From a bacterium (GTDB lineage: Bacteria; Krumholzibacteriota; Krumholzibacteriia; LZORAL124-64-63): DNA of 64,000 bases. A program made the translations under genes and the position numbers. Each line of letters begins with the position of its first letter. The first letter of the stretch is position 1. This document shows positions 1 to 11,425 of the stretch, in pieces. Below the pieces are notes generated by a model. It did no database searches, was not told where the DNA came from, and was given only the letters and a program-made list of their open reading frames with translations. The stretch spans positions 1,873-65,872 of the forward strand of contig JAGRNP010000002.1 in the NCBI GenBank assembly GCA_020440705.1, read 5' to 3'.

Positions 1-1
1 G

Positions 2-160
2 CGCTACGACGAGGAGGACCTGCAGGCGCTCGAGGTCTTCGCCATCAACGCCGGCACCTGCATCCACCACGCCGAGCGCACCGAGTGGATGCGCCAGACC
101 ATCGAGCAGTACCGCGACCGCGACCGCGACCGCGACGACGCCTCGGTCCAGAAAATCTGA
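2..160 (+). CDS. C-terminal fragment of a gene that starts upstream of the window; product unknown
   Basis: Frame 2 is open from the window edge to TGA at 158-160. The tail contains DRDRDRDD low-complexity sequence. No start codon lies inside the window. Confidence 0.3.
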   Translation, partial: RYDEEDLQALEVFAINAGTCIHHAERTEWMRQTIEQYRDRDRDRDDASVQKI

Positions 161-252
161 CAACTCCGACGCAACCGTTGTAGGATGGCTCCGTACCAGA
201 TCCCGTTGGTGCGGAGTCTTTTTCCATGTTCCCTGCGCGGAGGAGCGTCCCG

Positions 253-1176
253 ATGCTGCGAGGTGGCGGTTGCCTGAAGAACGGATGCCTGGGTTGCCTG
301 GGCATCGTGGTCCTGATCTTCGTCTTCCTGGGCGTGAACGCCATCATCGTGGCGTCGCGGTCGGGCGAGGAGAACATCCAGGACCAGGTCCGCCGCCTCG
401 AGGACGCCGGCACCGATCCCCTGGTTGGGGCCGCGGTCGCCGTGTCCGAGGAGGGCAAGCCCGCGCCCGGACACGGCTGGCTCGTGCTCGAGCTGGGCCA
501 GGGCGAGTTCCGCCTGCGGCCGGGCCAACCGGGCAGCGGCATCGTGGTCGAGGCCAACTACGACGAATCGATCTACGCGCTCGACGAGTACCGCCACACC
601 TGGGCCGACTCGAGCTGGGTGTACCAGGTGCGCTTCCACCGCACCATCACCGGCCTGCAGGCGATGCTGCGCGAGCTCATGGGCGGCAACCACCAGTCGC
701 GCGTCGACATCTTCGTCGACCCGGAACTGGCCCTCGAACTGAACATCCTGGTCACCGAGGGCGGCCTCGAGGCCGACCTGGGCGGGCTGTGGCTCACCGC
801 CGTCGACCTGCGCTACGACAAGGGCGGCATCGCCGTCGAGGTCGACGAACCCCTGCGCGAGCCGGTCGCGTCGTTCACGGTGAACGGCCGCATGGGGGGC
901 TGCGAGCTGGTCAAGCTGGGGAACGCGAGCCCGGCCCGGCTCGACATCCGCTGCCGCATGGGCGGCACCGCGGCCGACCTGGCCGGGGAATGGCGCAACG
1001 ACTGCGACGCGCGGCTCGAGGTGGTCATGGGCGGCCTGCAGGTCGAGGTGCCCCGCAACCTGGTCCTCGACCGGGGGGCCGGCTCCGGCCTCGATCGCAC
1101 CGACGTCGAGGTGCCCGAACCCACGCTGCGGATCCTCGAGCAGAAGTCGCGCATGGGCGAGATCGAGATCGACTGA
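253..1176 (+). CDS. hypothetical membrane-anchored protein
   Basis: ORF 226..1176. The internal ATG at 253 follows a GGAGGAG SD. A hydrophobic N-terminal segment ([17 protein letters not shown]) suggests a membrane anchor. No recognisable catalytic motif. Confidence 0.5.
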   Translation: MLRGGGCLKNGCLGCLGIVVLIFVFLGVNAIIVASRSGEENIQDQVRRLEDAGTDPLVGAAVAVSEEGKPAPGHGWLVLELGQGEFRLRPGQPGSGIVVEANYDESIYALDEYRHTWADSSWVYQVRFHRTITGLQAMLRELMGGNHQSRVDIFVDPELALELNILVTEGGLEADLGGLWLTAVDLRYDKGGIAVEVDEPLREPVASFTVNGRMGGCELVKLGNASPARLDIRCRMGGTAADLAGEWRNDCDARLEVVMGGLQVEVPRNLVLDRGAGSGLDRTDVEVPEPTLRILEQKSRMGEIEID

Positions 1177-1260
1177 GGCGGGCGCACCGCCCCGGACGCG
1201 AGACGCCGCCGGCCCCGGGGCCGGCGGCGTTCGTCTGCGGATGGCCCGGCCCGGACGTCC

Positions 1261-4200
1261 CTACGCGACCGGCGCGGCCGCGGGGGCGTGTCGCCGCGCG
1301 ATGTGGCGCGCCAGCACCTCGGCGATGATCTCCGAGTCCATGGGCTTGGACACGTGGTCGTCCATGCCGGCGGCCAGACTGCGGCGGCGGTCCTGCTTCA
1401 TGGCGTGGGCCGTCAGGGCGATGATGGGCACCTGGCGGTCGCGCGCCGGCGAGTCGGCGGCCCGGATGCGGCGGGCGGCCTCGAGACCGTCCATCTGGGG
1501 CATCTGCACGTCCATCAGGATGGCGGTGTAGTCGGCGGTGGCCACCTTCTCGAGCACCTCGAGGCCGTTGCCGGCCACGTCGACGCGGTAGCCCAGCTTC
1601 TCGAGCAGCAGTCCGGCCACGCGCTGGTTGATGGGGTTGTCCTCGGCCAGCAGGATGAGCGGCGACTCGCCGACCGCACCCGCAACGCCCGCGAGGGCCT
1701 TCTCCCGGGCCGGCCGATCGTCGCCGACGAGGGCCTTCTCCACGGGCTCGAGGGCGGCCTCGAGGCGATCGTGGTGCAGCGGCAGGGTCAGGAAGCCGTC
1801 CAGGCCGACGCCGGCCAGGTCCTCCTTCTCGATCGGGCAACCGAGCTCGCACACGAGCAGGACCGCCGCCGAGCGACCGTCGAGCGCCCGCTTGAGCTCG
1901 CCCAGCTTCTCCTTCACCGCCGCCGGGTCGTTGCAGCCACCCACGATGGTGGCGGTGAGCTTCGCGGGCAGGGGCGAACCCTTGCCGGCCAGCAGCCGCG
2001 CCGGATCCCGCTCGATGACCGGATAGCCCAGGAACTCGAGCTTGCGGGCCACGACGTAGCGCACGTGCGCCGACTCGTGGGCCACCAGCACGGGCAGGTG
2101 CTCGGGGCGCAGGTACTCGCGCCGCGCGACCTGGAAGCCCACCGTGAACCAGAACGTCGCGCCCTCGCCGACCTCGCTCTCGACCCCCGTCTGGCCGCCC
2201 ATCAGCGTCACGAGCTGCTTGACGATGGCGAGGCCGAGCCCCGTGCCGCCGTATTGCCGCGTGATCGAGGCGTCTACCTGGGTGAAGCTCTGGAAGATGC
2301 GGTCCTTGCGGTCCTCGGGAATGCCGACGCCCGTGTCGCGCACCTCGAAGCGCAGCTCGGTCCAGAAGGGCTTGCTCTGCTCGGCGGTCACGACCACCTG
2401 CACCTCGCCCGCGTCGGTGAACTTCACCGCGTTGTTGGCGAGATTCGTCAGCACCTGCCGCAGCCGGCCCGGATCGCCGCGCAGGTAGCGCGCCACGCCG
2501 GGCTCGATCATGCAGCTCAGGTCCAGCTGCTTCTCGCGGGCCTTCAGCGAGATCACGTCGGCCACGTCGTCCACGACCCGGCAGAGGTCGAACTCGATGT
2601 CCTCGAGGTCGAGCTTGCCGGCCTCGATCTTCGAGAAGTCCAGGATGTCGTTGATGACGACCAGCAGGTTGCGGGCGCTCGAGTAGATCATCTCGCTGTA
2701 CTCGCGCTGCTCGGGCGTCAGCTCGGTGTCGAGCATGATCGAGGTCATGCCCAGCACGCCGTTCATGGGCGTCCGGATCTCGTGGCTCATGTTGGCCAGG
2801 AAGTCGCTCTTGGCCTGGGTCGCGGCCTCGGCCGAGTCCTTGGCCTCGCGCAGCTCCTCCTCGATGCGCCGCCGCACCGCGATCTCCTGCTGCAGGTGCT
2901 GGTTGGCGCGGGTGAGGTCCTCGGTGCGCTCGGTCACGCGCCGCTCGAGCAGCCGGTTCTTGATGTCCAGCAGGCGCATGCGGTAGCGGTGCGCGCCGTA
3001 GATCGTGCTGCCCAGCAGCGTGATCGCCAGGGCGATGAACCAGGCCTGCCGGTAGAAGGGCGGGTGCACGAAGATGTCGATCGAGGCGCCCTCGGAGTTC
3101 CACACGCCGTCGTTGTTGGTGCCCCGCACCCGGAAGGTGTAGTGCCCCGGCGGCAGGTTCGTGTAGGTGGCGTGGTTGCGCGTGCCCACGTCGTTCCAGC
3201 GGTCCTCGAAGCCCTCGAGCTTGTAGGCGAAGCGGTTCTTCTCGGGCGACGCGAAGTGCAGCACCGCGAACTCGAAGCTGATCACGTTGTCGCGGTGGGT
3301 CAGGTCGATCTTGTCGGCCTCGCTGATCGAGCGCTCCATGATCACGCGGCCGTCGGCGTCGGGCCCCGGACGCACCGGACGATTGAAGATGCGGAAGTCG
3401 GTCAGCACCACCGCCGGCACGTAGGGGTTGTGCCGGATGCTGTCCGGATAGAACGCCGTGAAGCCCCGGATGCCGCCGAAGTACATCTTGCCGCTGCGCC
3501 CGGTGTGGTAGGCCCCCATGTTGAACTCGTTGTCCTGGATGCCCTCGCGCGCGGTGTAGCTCTGGATGACGCCCGAGTCGGGGTCGAACTGGGCCAGGCC
3601 GTAGTTGGTGCTGAACCAGAGGCGTCCGGCGTCGTCCTCCTGGATGCCGTAGATGGTGTTGTTGGGCAGGCCGTCGCGCTCGGTGAACCACAGGCATTCG
3701 CCCGTGTCCGCGTTCAGCAGGTTCAGGCCCGAGCTCGTGCCCACCCAGATGCGCTCCTTGCTGTCCTCGAAGATGCACAGGGCCACGTTGCCGCTCAGGC
3801 TCGTGGTGTCGTCGGGCCGGTGGCGGAAATGGTGGAAGAGCCCCGTCACCGGATCCCGGTACGAGATGCCGTTGCCCCAGGCGCTGACCCACATGCGGCC
3901 GGCGTGGTCGAACACGAGGGCCCGGATGCTGCCCTGCGGCAGGCTGTAGGGGTTGGTCGGGTCGTTCCGCAGCGAGCTGAAGGTGCCCGTGACCATGTCG
4001 TAGATCTCGATGCCGTCCATGGAGCCCATCCAGATGCGGCCCTTGCCGTCGCCCTCCATGGCGAAGATGCGGTCGGTGGCCGGCAGGGCGGCCGAGTCCG
4101 GATCGGCGGGGAAGCGCTTGAAACGCCGGGTGCGCGGATCGAAGCGGTTCAGGGCGCCGTCCCGGGCGGCCATCCAGATGCCGCCGTCGGCGTCCTCGTA

Positions 4201-5481
4201 GAGCTCGATGAAGCTGTTGTAGCTGGGGGCGAAGGGATTGTCCGGGTCGGCCGTGATCTGCTCCACCGAGTTCGTCTCGGGGTGGTAGATGTTCACGCCC
4301 TCCTCGGTCACGGCCCACACGTCGTTGGTGCGGTCCTCCCAGATGGCCCACACGCAGTCGTGGCTGAGGCTGGCGGGGCTGCCGGGCTGGCTGAACACGT
4401 GGTAGAACTGCTTCGCCTTGGTGTCGAGGCGGTTGGCGCCGTTGCTGGTGCCCACCCAGAGCACGCCCGTGCGGTCGAGCATGATGCTCATGACCTCGTT
4501 GTCGCTCAGGCTGGTCTCGTCCTGGGGGTCGTTCTGGAAGCCGCGGCAGCGGCCGGTGAGCGGGTCGAGCAGGTACAGGCCGCGGTGCTCGGTGCCCACC
4601 CAGACGCTGCCGTCGGCCACCTCGAGGGCGGCCGTCACCGACATTTCGGTCAGCGGCGCGGCCCCGGCGGGGCACAGGTCGAAGCGGGTGAAGCGGTCGG
4701 TCGCGGGGTCGTAGCGGCCGAGCCCGATGGTCGAGCCGAGCCACAGCTGTCCGTCGCTGCCGGCGGCGACCACGTGGATCTCGCCCGGCAGGATCGAGTC
4801 GTCGTCGGCCGGATCGTGGATCTCGTTGCGGCACAGGCCGGTGCGGGGGTCGAAGTGGGACAGGCCGCGAGAGGTGCCCACCCACAGGGTGCCGTCGGGC
4901 GCCGCCAGCAGGCTGTGCACCTCGTTCGAGGCGAGGCTCTCGGGCACCTTGGGATCGTGCAGGAAGGTCTCGAACGTTCCCGTCCCCGGCGTGAAGGCCA
5001 TCAGGCCGTCGCCCAGGGTGGCCAGCCAGATGCGGCCGTCTTCGCCCACGAGCACGTCGCGCACGTCGAAGTAGTGGTGCTTGCTCGACTGGGACGGGTC
5101 GTTGCGGTAGGGGGTGAACAGGTCGAGGTTCCGGGAGTAGACGTTGAAGCCGCCGCCCTCGGTGCCCAGCCACAGGTCGCCGCGGGGGTCCTCGGCGATG
5201 CAGGTGATGTTCGGGTCGCTCAGGCTGTGCGGGCTGTCCGGATCGGTCTTGTAGGTGATGAATTTCGACCCGTCATAGCGGTTCAACCCGTCCTGGGTGC
5301 CCATCCACACGAAGCCGCGGCTGTCCTGGTGGATCGAGACGATGGAGCTCTGGGAAAGGCCGTCCTCGAGCATCAGGCGGTGGAAGCGGTACGGCAGTTC
5401 GGAATCGGCCCGGGCGGTTGCCGGCGAGGACGCCAGGAACCGGAACAACACCAGGAAGGCGAGCAGGTGTCTACGGGACAT
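1261..5481 (-). CDS. hybrid sensor histidine kinase / response regulator with N-terminal two-component-regulator beta-propeller repeats and a Y_Y_Y domain
   Basis: 1406 aa with a signal peptide. Many W-x-G-T/S propeller repeats, then a Y_Y_Y-like segment ([16 protein letters not shown]), one TM helix and a coiled coil. HisKA box ([14 protein letters not shown]), HATPase G-boxes ([16 protein letters not shown]) and a C-terminal receiver ([10 protein letters not shown] ... [11 protein letters not shown]) follow. Confidence 0.9.
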   Translation of the reverse strand: MSRRHLLAFLVLFRFLASSPATARADSELPYRFHRLMLEDGLSQSSIVSIHQDSRGFVWMGTQDGLNRYDGSKFITYKTDPDSPHSLSDPNITCIAEDPRGDLWLGTEGGGFNVYSRNLDLFTPYRNDPSQSSKHHYFDVRDVLVGEDGRIWLATLGDGLMAFTPGTGTFETFLHDPKVPESLASNEVHSLLAAPDGTLWVGTSRGLSHFDPRTGLCRNEIHDPADDDSILPGEIHVVAAGSDGQLWLGSTIGLGRYDPATDRFTRFDLCPAGAAPLTEMSVTAALEVADGSVWVGTEHRGLYLLDPLTGRCRGFQNDPQDETSLSDNEVMSIMLDRTGVLWVGTSNGANRLDTKAKQFYHVFSQPGSPASLSHDCVWAIWEDRTNDVWAVTEEGVNIYHPETNSVEQITADPDNPFAPSYNSFIELYEDADGGIWMAARDGALNRFDPRTRRFKRFPADPDSAALPATDRIFAMEGDGKGRIWMGSMDGIEIYDMVTGTFSSLRNDPTNPYSLPQGSIRALVFDHAGRMWVSAWGNGISYRDPVTGLFHHFRHRPDDTTSLSGNVALCIFEDSKERIWVGTSSGLNLLNADTGECLWFTERDGLPNNTIYGIQEDDAGRLWFSTNYGLAQFDPDSGVIQSYTAREGIQDNEFNMGAYHTGRSGKMYFGGIRGFTAFYPDSIRHNPYVPAVVLTDFRIFNRPVRPGPDADGRVIMERSISEADKIDLTHRDNVISFEFAVLHFASPEKNRFAYKLEGFEDRWNDVGTRNHATYTNLPPGHYTFRVRGTNNDGVWNSEGASIDIFVHPPFYRQAWFIALAITLLGSTIYGAHRYRMRLLDIKNRLLERRVTERTEDLTRANQHLQQEIAVRRRIEEELREAKDSAEAATQAKSDFLANMSHEIRTPMNGVLGMTSIMLDTELTPEQREYSEMIYSSARNLLVVINDILDFSKIEAGKLDLEDIEFDLCRVVDDVADVISLKAREKQLDLSCMIEPGVARYLRGDPGRLRQVLTNLANNAVKFTDAGEVQVVVTAEQSKPFWTELRFEVRDTGVGIPEDRKDRIFQSFTQVDASITRQYGGTGLGLAIVKQLVTLMGGQTGVESEVGEGATFWFTVGFQVARREYLRPEHLPVLVAHESAHVRYVVARKLEFLGYPVIERDPARLLAGKGSPLPAKLTATIVGGCNDPAAVKEKLGELKRALDGRSAAVLLVCELGCPIEKEDLAGVGLDGFLTLPLHHDRLEAALEPVEKALVGDDRPAREKALAGVAGAVGESPLILLAEDNPINQRVAGLLLEKLGYRVDVAGNGLEVLEKVATADYTAILMDVQMPQMDGLEAARRIRAADSPARDRQVPIIALTAHAMKQDRRRSLAAGMDDHVSKPMDSEIIAEVLARHIARRHAPAAAPVA

Positions 5482-5672
5482 GCAGATATTTCTCCGGCTG
5501 CGGGGCCGCGGCCCCCCGGGTGGTAAGAATAGGTTTTCGAATTTTCTATCGGCCTGCGGGATGGGGACTTGAACGGGATTATCACGCGGAAAACGGGCTC
5601 GCGGGGAACAACGGGAAGGGCCGGTCCCCCCTGGGGAACCGGCCCGCAGCGGCGCCGACGGTTCCGGCCGGA

Positions 5673-6092
5673 TCAGAGGATCGCGACCAGCGTCAGTTCG
5701 AAGGTGAGATCGTGGCCGGCCAGGGGGTGGTTCGCGTCGAGGGTGATGGTGTCCTCGGCCACCTCGATCACCCGCACGGGCATCTCGCCCTCGGGGGACT
5801 GCATGGCGAGCACCATGTCGACCTTGGGCTCGAGCCCCTCGGGCAGCTCCGAGCGGGGCACCTGGCCGATCATCTCCTCGCGCGGCTCGCCGTAGGCCTC
5901 GGCGCAGGGGATGTTCACGGTCTGGGAGTCGCCGACCGCCATGCCCACCACGGCCGCCTCGAAACCGGGAATCACCTGCCCGCTGCCGACCTCGAACGCG
6001 ATGGGGTCGCGGCCCTCCGAGCTGTCGAACACCGTGCCGTCGCCGAGGGTGCCCTTGTAGTGGACCTGGACCGTCTTTCCTGCTTCAATCAT
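5673..6092 (-). CDS. FKBP-type peptidyl-prolyl cis-trans isomerase (SlyD/FkpB-like)
   Basis: [25 protein letters not shown] ... [16 protein letters not shown] is collinear with the SlyD FKBP domain. The start was taken at the internal ATG after a GAGGACGAG SD, not at the ORF 5' end (6161). Confidence 0.85.
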   Translation of the reverse strand: MIEAGKTVQVHYKGTLGDGTVFDSSEGRDPIAFEVGSGQVIPGFEAAVVGMAVGDSQTVNIPCAEAYGEPREEMIGQVPRSELPEGLEPKVDMVLAMQSPEGEMPVRVIEVAEDTITLDANHPLAGHDLTFELTLVAIL

Positions 6093-6160
6093 GGCTCGTC
6101 CTCGCATTGGGATCCTGATGGGTTTCGCCCCAAAACTACGCGCTGGGAGTGAGAAAGCCA

Positions 6161-6724
6161 ATGATTCGCTACAAGCGCCCCGCCGCCGACGAGTTCGCCC
6201 CCTTCTACGCGTCCTACCTGGCGAAGGTCCCTGACGACGGGCGCGACGTGCTGCATGTGCTGCGGGAATCGGGCTATTGCGTGCTCGAAGGGCTCAAATC
6301 CATCACCGACGAACAGGCGGGCTACCGCTACGCCGAGGGCAAATGGTCGGTGCGCGAGCTGGTGGGCCACCTCATCGACACCGAGCGCCTGTTCGCCTTC
6401 CGGGCCCTGTGGATCGCCCGGGGCGAGCCGGCGCCCCAGCCGGGCATGGACGAGAACGTCTGGGCCGCCCACAGCAACGCCGGCGTGCGCTCCCGGCCCG
6501 AGCTGTGGAAGGAGCACCACGTGGCCCGCACCAACCATCTCTACCTCTTCCGCTCTTTCGACGCCGCGGCCATCGCCCGGCGCGGCGAGGCCAACGGCGC
6601 CCCGGTCACGGTCAACGCCCTGCCCTGGCTGATCGCCGGCCACGAGCGCCACCACCTCGAGGTGCTGCGCGACCGCTACGGCCTCGACTGGCTCGGCTAC
6701 CGGGAGCAGGAGGGCGCGGAATGA
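6161..6724 (+). CDS. DinB-family protein (DinB_2/YfiT-like)
   Basis: Four-helix-bundle signature: WSVRELVGHLIDTERLF ... HERHH. Divergent from the FKBP gene. The start could be GTG 6149 or ATG 6161. Confidence 0.6.
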   Translation: MIRYKRPAADEFAPFYASYLAKVPDDGRDVLHVLRESGYCVLEGLKSITDEQAGYRYAEGKWSVRELVGHLIDTERLFAFRALWIARGEPAPQPGMDENVWAAHSNAGVRSRPELWKEHHVARTNHLYLFRSFDAAAIARRGEANGAPVTVNALPWLIAGHERHHLEVLRDRYGLDWLGYREQEGAE

Positions 6725-7056
6725 GCGACCGCGTCGTCGTCATCATCGGCACCGGCGAGCGGGACAAGGCCCTCGCCGGGACCATGTACGCCGTGAACGC
6801 CCGCAAGTACGGCTGGCTCGCCGACGTCCAGCTCGTCTTCTTCGGCCCGAGCGAGGCGCTGCTCCTGGCCGACGAGGACCTGCAGGAGATGGTCCTGGAA
6901 TACGGCCGGCAGGAGGGCACCGCCCTGGCCTGCCGCTTCGTGGCCGACCGTTCCGGCGTCCGCGAGGGGCTGACGGAACTCGGCGTCGAGGTGATCTATG
7001 TGGGCGAGCGGATCTCGAACCTGATCCGCGACGGCTACGTGCCCATGGTGTGGTAG
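6721..7056 (+). CDS. DsrE/DsrF-like small protein
   Basis: 111 aa. Its ATG overlaps the DinB stop as ATGA. VVVIIGTGERDKALAGTMYAVNA ... VQLVFFGPSEALL resembles the DsrE/DsrF fold. The longer track ORF 6277..7056 is a GC read-through artefact in its N-terminal part. Confidence 0.5.
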   Translation: MSDRVVVIIGTGERDKALAGTMYAVNARKYGWLADVQLVFFGPSEALLLADEDLQEMVLEYGRQEGTALACRFVADRSGVREGLTELGVEVIYVGERISNLIRDGYVPMVW

Positions 7057-7120
7057 CCGGCCCCGGCGCGCGTTTCGGCCCCTTCCCCGATCCCGACCTC
7101 CGAACCCGACAGGACCCGAC

Positions 7121-8365
7121 GTGATCTTCCGCTTCTCCCTGTACGGCTTCCTCAAGAACCAGCGCTACTTCGAGCCCTTCCTGGTGCTGAACTTCCTGGA
7201 CAAGGGACTCGACTACACGGCGATCGGCTTCCTGGTCGCGATCCGCGAGTTCGCGGCCAACCTCATGGAGATCCCGTCCGGGGCGGTGGCCGACCTCTTC
7301 GGCCGCCGCCGGGCCATGATCACCTCGTTCGTGGCCTACATCGCGTCGTTCCTGATCTTCGCCTCGGCCCGCTCGTTCTGGGAGTTCGCACCGGCCATGG
7401 TGCTCTATGCGGTGGGCGACGCCTTCCGCACCGGCACCCACAAGGCCATGATCTTCAGCTGGTTGCGCGAGGAGGGCCGCCTCGACGAGAAGACCCGCGT
7501 CTACGGCTTCACCCGCTCGTGGTCGAAGCTGGGTTCGGCCCTGAGCATCGTCGTCGCCACGGCGCTGGTGGTGTGGCTGGAGGAGTACCGCTGGGTGTTC
7601 TGGCTGTCGATCGTCCCCTACGTGGCGGGCATCGCGAAATTCCTGGCCTATCCGGCCTCCCTCGACGGCGACGGCGACGGCTCGGCCTCCCCGCGCGAGG
7701 TCGTGCGGCACCTGCAGCACGCCTTCGGCGACGTGCTGCGCATCCCGCACCTGCGGCGCCTGGTGGCCGAGTCCATGGGCTTCGAGGGCGTGTTCAAGGT
7801 GGCGAAGGACTACCTGCAGCCCATGGTGCAGCAGGCCGCCCTGGCCCTGCCGCTGCTGGCGGCCCTCGCGCAGGACAAGCGCACGGCGGTCCTCGTCGGC
7901 GTGGTCTACCTGCTGGTGAACCTGCTGGCGGCGTGGGCCAGCCGCAACTCGCACCGGCTGGCGGCGTGGCGCGGGGGCGAGGAGGCGGGCGTGCGGGTCG
8001 TCTGGCTGGGCATGCTCGGCGGCTACGTCGTCATGGCGCCGCTGCTGTATTTCGGCCGCACGTTCGCGGCCATCGCCGTCTTCATCCTCATGCACCTGCT
8101 GCAGAACCTCTTCCGGCCCATGCACGTCAGCCGCTTCGACGAGTTCAGCGACGACGCCAGCGGCGCCACCATCCTCTCGGTGGAGAACCAGGCCAAGGGG
8201 ATCGCCGCCATGGTGCTGGCTCCGGCCGTGGGATGGCTCGTCGACACGGTCGGCGTCGGGGGCGAGAACGGCGGCTTCTGGGTCGTCGCGGCCGTGGGCG
8301 CCGGCCTGGCCCTGCTGATGGTCCTGACCGGCGGCCGGATCCGGACGGCCTCGCGACCCCGATAA
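7121..8365 (+). CDS. MFS transporter
   Basis: 414 aa with about 12 predicted TM helices. MFS motif-A-like AVADLFGRRRAM sits between TM2 and TM3. Confidence 0.8.
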   Translation: MIFRFSLYGFLKNQRYFEPFLVLNFLDKGLDYTAIGFLVAIREFAANLMEIPSGAVADLFGRRRAMITSFVAYIASFLIFASARSFWEFAPAMVLYAVGDAFRTGTHKAMIFSWLREEGRLDEKTRVYGFTRSWSKLGSALSIVVATALVVWLEEYRWVFWLSIVPYVAGIAKFLAYPASLDGDGDGSASPREVVRHLQHAFGDVLRIPHLRRLVAESMGFEGVFKVAKDYLQPMVQQAALALPLLAALAQDKRTAVLVGVVYLLVNLLAAWASRNSHRLAAWRGGEEAGVRVVWLGMLGGYVVMAPLLYFGRTFAAIAVFILMHLLQNLFRPMHVSRFDEFSDDASGATILSVENQAKGIAAMVLAPAVGWLVDTVGVGGENGGFWVVAAVGAGLALLMVLTGGRIRTASRPR

Positions 8366-8439
8366 CCCACCGGCCCGGTGGGGTTTGTGCTACACTGGCG
8401 GACGAACCCTCGCCCCACCATCAACGCGGAGGATCCACC

Positions 8440-9183
8440 ATGACCCGTCTGCGACGGCCGCGGCTCCCGGCATTCCTGACCCTGCTGACCCTGCTGGCCC
8501 TGTCCGGCTGCGAGTCGGAAGGACCGGACAAGAACACGACCGCGCCGGCCACCCTCGTCTTCGCCGGCGACCGTCTGCCCCTCGGCCTGCTCGGCGCCAC
8601 CTACGGCGAGACCCTCGGCGTCACCGGCGGCCGCACGCCCTACGTCTTCGCCTTCGACGCGGCCGACCTGCCGGCGGGCCTGGCCGACCAGAGCACCGCC
8701 ACGGCCTTCGGGCTGGGCGGCGTGCCGACCGCCGCGGGCACCTTCACCATCCCGCTGACCGTCACCGACGCCGACAAGGCCACGGCCTCGACGGTGGTGA
8801 CGGTGGTGGTGGCGGGATCGTTCGATCCGGTCGGCGGCTGGAGCTACCACACCCTGGTCACGGTGGCGAACGGCGGTTGCGACGGCGAGGAGGGCGACGA
8901 GACCACCTACGGGGTGACGATCACCCGCACGGGCACCGCGGTCACGCTGAAGGGTCTGCTGGGCGACGACGCCAACCAGGTGGCCGGCACCTGGAACGGC
9001 AACCGGCTCACCCTGACGGGCACCTATCCCGAGGACGGCGGCTTCACCACCGGCACCCACAACCTGGTCGTCTACACCCCGAACCTCATGTCGGGGCTCG
9101 AGGACTGGGACTGGGGCCCGATCGCGGGCGCGAGCACGTGCCCGGTGAGCGTCTCCCGGATCACCGCCACCCGCACGCCCTGA
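8440..9183 (+). CDS. lipoprotein with putative Ig-like (He_PIG-type) domain
   Basis: ATG at 8440 lies in the frame of track ORF 7519..9183. Lipobox LALSGC. The first 90 residues follow the putative-Ig pattern G..Y...L.A.GG.TPY.F......LP.GL.....G.I.GTPT.AGT..F.V.VTDA.G. Confidence 0.55.
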   Translation: MTRLRRPRLPAFLTLLTLLALSGCESEGPDKNTTAPATLVFAGDRLPLGLLGATYGETLGVTGGRTPYVFAFDAADLPAGLADQSTATAFGLGGVPTAAGTFTIPLTVTDADKATASTVVTVVVAGSFDPVGGWSYHTLVTVANGGCDGEEGDETTYGVTITRTGTAVTLKGLLGDDANQVAGTWNGNRLTLTGTYPEDGGFTTGTHNLVVYTPNLMSGLEDWDWGPIAGASTCPVSVSRITATRTP

Positions 9184-9207
9184 CCCTCATCCCGGCGGCC
9201 GCGGCGC

Positions 9208-10209
9208 CTACCAGCCGCTCGCGGCCGCCGACACCCGCCAGTACCCGTGGTTGCCCTCGGCGTCGGCGGGCCGGATGTCCTCGACCCGCCACGTCACCGT
9301 GTGTTCGCCCGGCGTGAGCACGTCGCTCAGGTCGATGAAGGTCGGCCGCGTCACGTCGCCGGGACACCAGCCGCTGCGCGGGTAGTCGCTGCTCCACGAG
9401 CCGTCGCCCCACTTGGCGCAGTACGGGTTCACCGCCCGGAAGTCGCCGCAGTCGTCGCGCCAGGGCCGCCAGCGGTGGACCTCGACCCCGTCGACCAGGA
9501 TCACGTTGTCCTTGGTGATGAACTCGTCGGCCCCCGAGCCGTCGGTGCAGTGCCCCGTGGTGATGGCCGCCACCTCGACGTAGCGCGTGCGCGGCGGCAC
9601 GGTCAGGGTGGTCGTCGCCTCGGGCGCGACGGCGGTCAGGCCGCCGGCGGGAAACACGAGTCCCGTGGTCCAGCGCGGCGGGTCGACCGCGCCCACCGCG
9701 TCGGGCGTGAAGACCAGGTCGACGTCCACGGTCCAGGCCGGCGTGACCCACGTGTCGATGAAGACCTCGAATTCGCAGTGCCCGGTGAGCAGGGGCCAGG
9801 CCCGCGTCACGTCGACCACGTGGGTGATCTCGCCGCCGTAGGCCGTCATGAACCGGCACAGCTCGACGGGCGCCATGCCCGGCTTCACCAGCCGCACCCA
9901 GCCCGCGCGGTCCCAGCGGTCGTGCATGTTCCGGATGTCCTTGCGCATGGGCGACACCTTCAGCCGCAGCGTCACCTGCTGCGGTCCGGCCAGGGGCGGC
10001 AGTTCCCGGTAGGTGCGGTTCACGCGGCCGCTGTCCCGCGGGTCGGCGAAGGGCGCTTCGTAGGCAAGGGAGTCGTCCGGCGCGAAGTGGATGACGGCGT
10101 CGTCCCACAGGGTGAGCGTGTGCGGGGCCGGGGCCTCGATGCGCTCGCCGCAGCCGGCGAGGACGAGCAGGGCGAGCCCGCAGGCCAGGGTGGCGATCCG
10201 GTCGGACAT
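9208..10209 (-). CDS. peptide-N4-(N-acetyl-beta-glucosaminyl)asparagine amidase F (PNGase F)-like lipoprotein
   Basis: Lipobox LVLAGC. The C-terminal half is collinear with PNGase F of Elizabethkingia. YPRSGWCPGDVTRPTFIDLSDVL matches DRAGWCPGMAVPTRIDVL, and EVFIDTWVTPAWTVDVDLVF matches KIYTETWLAKGREYSVDFDIVY. Confidence 0.6.
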   Translation of the reverse strand: MSDRIATLACGLALLVLAGCGERIEAPAPHTLTLWDDAVIHFAPDDSLAYEAPFADPRDSGRVNRTYRELPPLAGPQQVTLRLKVSPMRKDIRNMHDRWDRAGWVRLVKPGMAPVELCRFMTAYGGEITHVVDVTRAWPLLTGHCEFEVFIDTWVTPAWTVDVDLVFTPDAVGAVDPPRWTTGLVFPAGGLTAVAPEATTTLTVPPRTRYVEVAAITTGHCTDGSGADEFITKDNVILVDGVEVHRWRPWRDDCGDFRAVNPYCAKWGDGSWSSDYPRSGWCPGDVTRPTFIDLSDVLTPGEHTVTWRVEDIRPADAEGNHGYWRVSAAASGW

Positions 10210-10210
10210 G

Positions 10211-11263
10211 CTAGCGGTTCCCTTCGTTCGCCGCGGCGGGCGGCACCACGGACAGGATGCGGTCGAGGGTGGCGGCGTCGACGGCGAGGAAGCCCGGCGG
10301 CACCAGGCGCGGGGTCAGGGTGCGCCAGTTCTCGTCGGCGAGGAAGACTTCGCCGAAGATGTTCAGCGCCTTGTCGACGCGCCCCGAGTTGGCCAGGGCC
10401 ACGGCGTGCCAGTAGCGCGCCTCGAGGTTGCCGGCGAGCAGACGCTCGGCCTCGCCGTAGTGGTGGTCGGCGGCCCGCTGGTCGCCCGCCTCGACGGCCA
10501 GGTCGCCCGCGTTCATCATCTCGTAGCCCCGGTGCAGGCCGAGCAGGCGGGTCAGCTCGGCCACGGGGTCGGGGTGGTCCTCCACGCGCAGGTCGACCAG
10601 CACGTCCTGCCAGACGTTGCCCGTGGCCTCGGCCGCCACGACGAGCAGCGCCGCCGATTGCCGGCCGCGGATGTCGCCCCCCGCGCCCTCGGCCGCGGCC
10701 AGGGCCGCCACCAGCCGCTCCGCCAGGGGCCCCCGCGTCTGCTCGAAGGCCGCCGCCATGGCCGCCGGCACCGTCCCGTTCGCCATCAGGTTCGCCTGCA
10801 CCGAGAAGCCCCGACCCACGTACTGGCCGGCCTCGGCGATGCAGCGCCCGCCCGTGTGGGCGGCGGCCTCGCCCGTCGCGTCGACGAAGGCCACCTGCCG
10901 GATGGCCGCGTTCTCGTCCTGCTCGAGCAGTTCCGACAGGGCGATCGGCGCCCGCAGGCCCTGGCGCATGAGCGCCAGCCCGCGCGGCCCGTAGCTCGGA
11001 TCGACCATCGACTGGGTCGCCACCGCGCCGACGCCGGCCTCGGCCCAGGGCACCAGGGCCCCGACGCTGAACCAGTGCGACTGGACGGCCACGCCCAGTT
11101 CGCCGGTCTCCAGGTCGCGGGCGACGATCGAGTAGGTCGTCACCGGCCGCAGGGGCGACGGGGGCACGGCCACGCCGTCGGCGGGGGCGAGGGCGAGAAC
11201 GAGGACGAGCAGCAGGGCCGCTGCCGGCGGGGCGAGGCGCGCGGGGCGCGGAACGTGGCGCAT
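10211..11263 (-). CDS. DUF1028-family (Ntn-hydrolase-like) secreted protein
   Basis: After the signal peptide, TYSIVARDLETGELGVAVQSHWFSVG is the DUF1028 signature. ATG 11263 was chosen inside the longer track ORF (10211..12526). The gene ends 1 nt before the PNGase-like gene starts (operon). Confidence 0.6.
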   Translation of the reverse strand: MRHVPRPARLAPPAAALLLVLVLALAPADGVAVPPSPLRPVTTYSIVARDLETGELGVAVQSHWFSVGALVPWAEAGVGAVATQSMVDPSYGPRGLALMRQGLRAPIALSELLEQDENAAIRQVAFVDATGEAAAHTGGRCIAEAGQYVGRGFSVQANLMANGTVPAAMAAAFEQTRGPLAERLVAALAAAEGAGGDIRGRQSAALLVVAAEATGNVWQDVLVDLRVEDHPDPVAELTRLLGLHRGYEMMNAGDLAVEAGDQRAADHHYGEAERLLAGNLEARYWHAVALANSGRVDKALNIFGEVFLADENWRTLTPRLVPPGFLAVDAATLDRILSVVPPAAANEGNR

Positions 11264-11425
11264 GTTCGGTTCCTTTCGGCGAGTGGGAGGGGCCGCCGCC
11301 ACTCTACACTCCCGTCCGGGCGCGCTCAACGGTACACCGCTTGCAACTCCGGTCCGAGAAGACCGCAGGCACGTTGCAGATTGACGCCGTGCAAGCAGGC
11401 AACCCGATACACGGTTGGTAGCGCC

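Noticed and set aside
1288-5526. 1412-aa plus-strand ORF and 1382-aa minus-strand ORF (1025..5173) overlapping the hybrid histidine kinase gene
   Set aside because: They are antisense or alternate frame to a gene with unambiguous HK/REC/propeller motifs. The translations are Arg/Gly/Ala/Pro-rich low-complexity sequence typical of stop-codon-poor frames in 70% GC DNA.
6277-7056. 259-aa ORF apparently spanning from inside the DinB gene through the DsrE-like gene
   Set aside because: Only the last 111 codons (from the ATG at 6721, ATGA-overlapping the DinB stop) have protein-like composition. The upstream part is out of frame with the real DinB-family gene.
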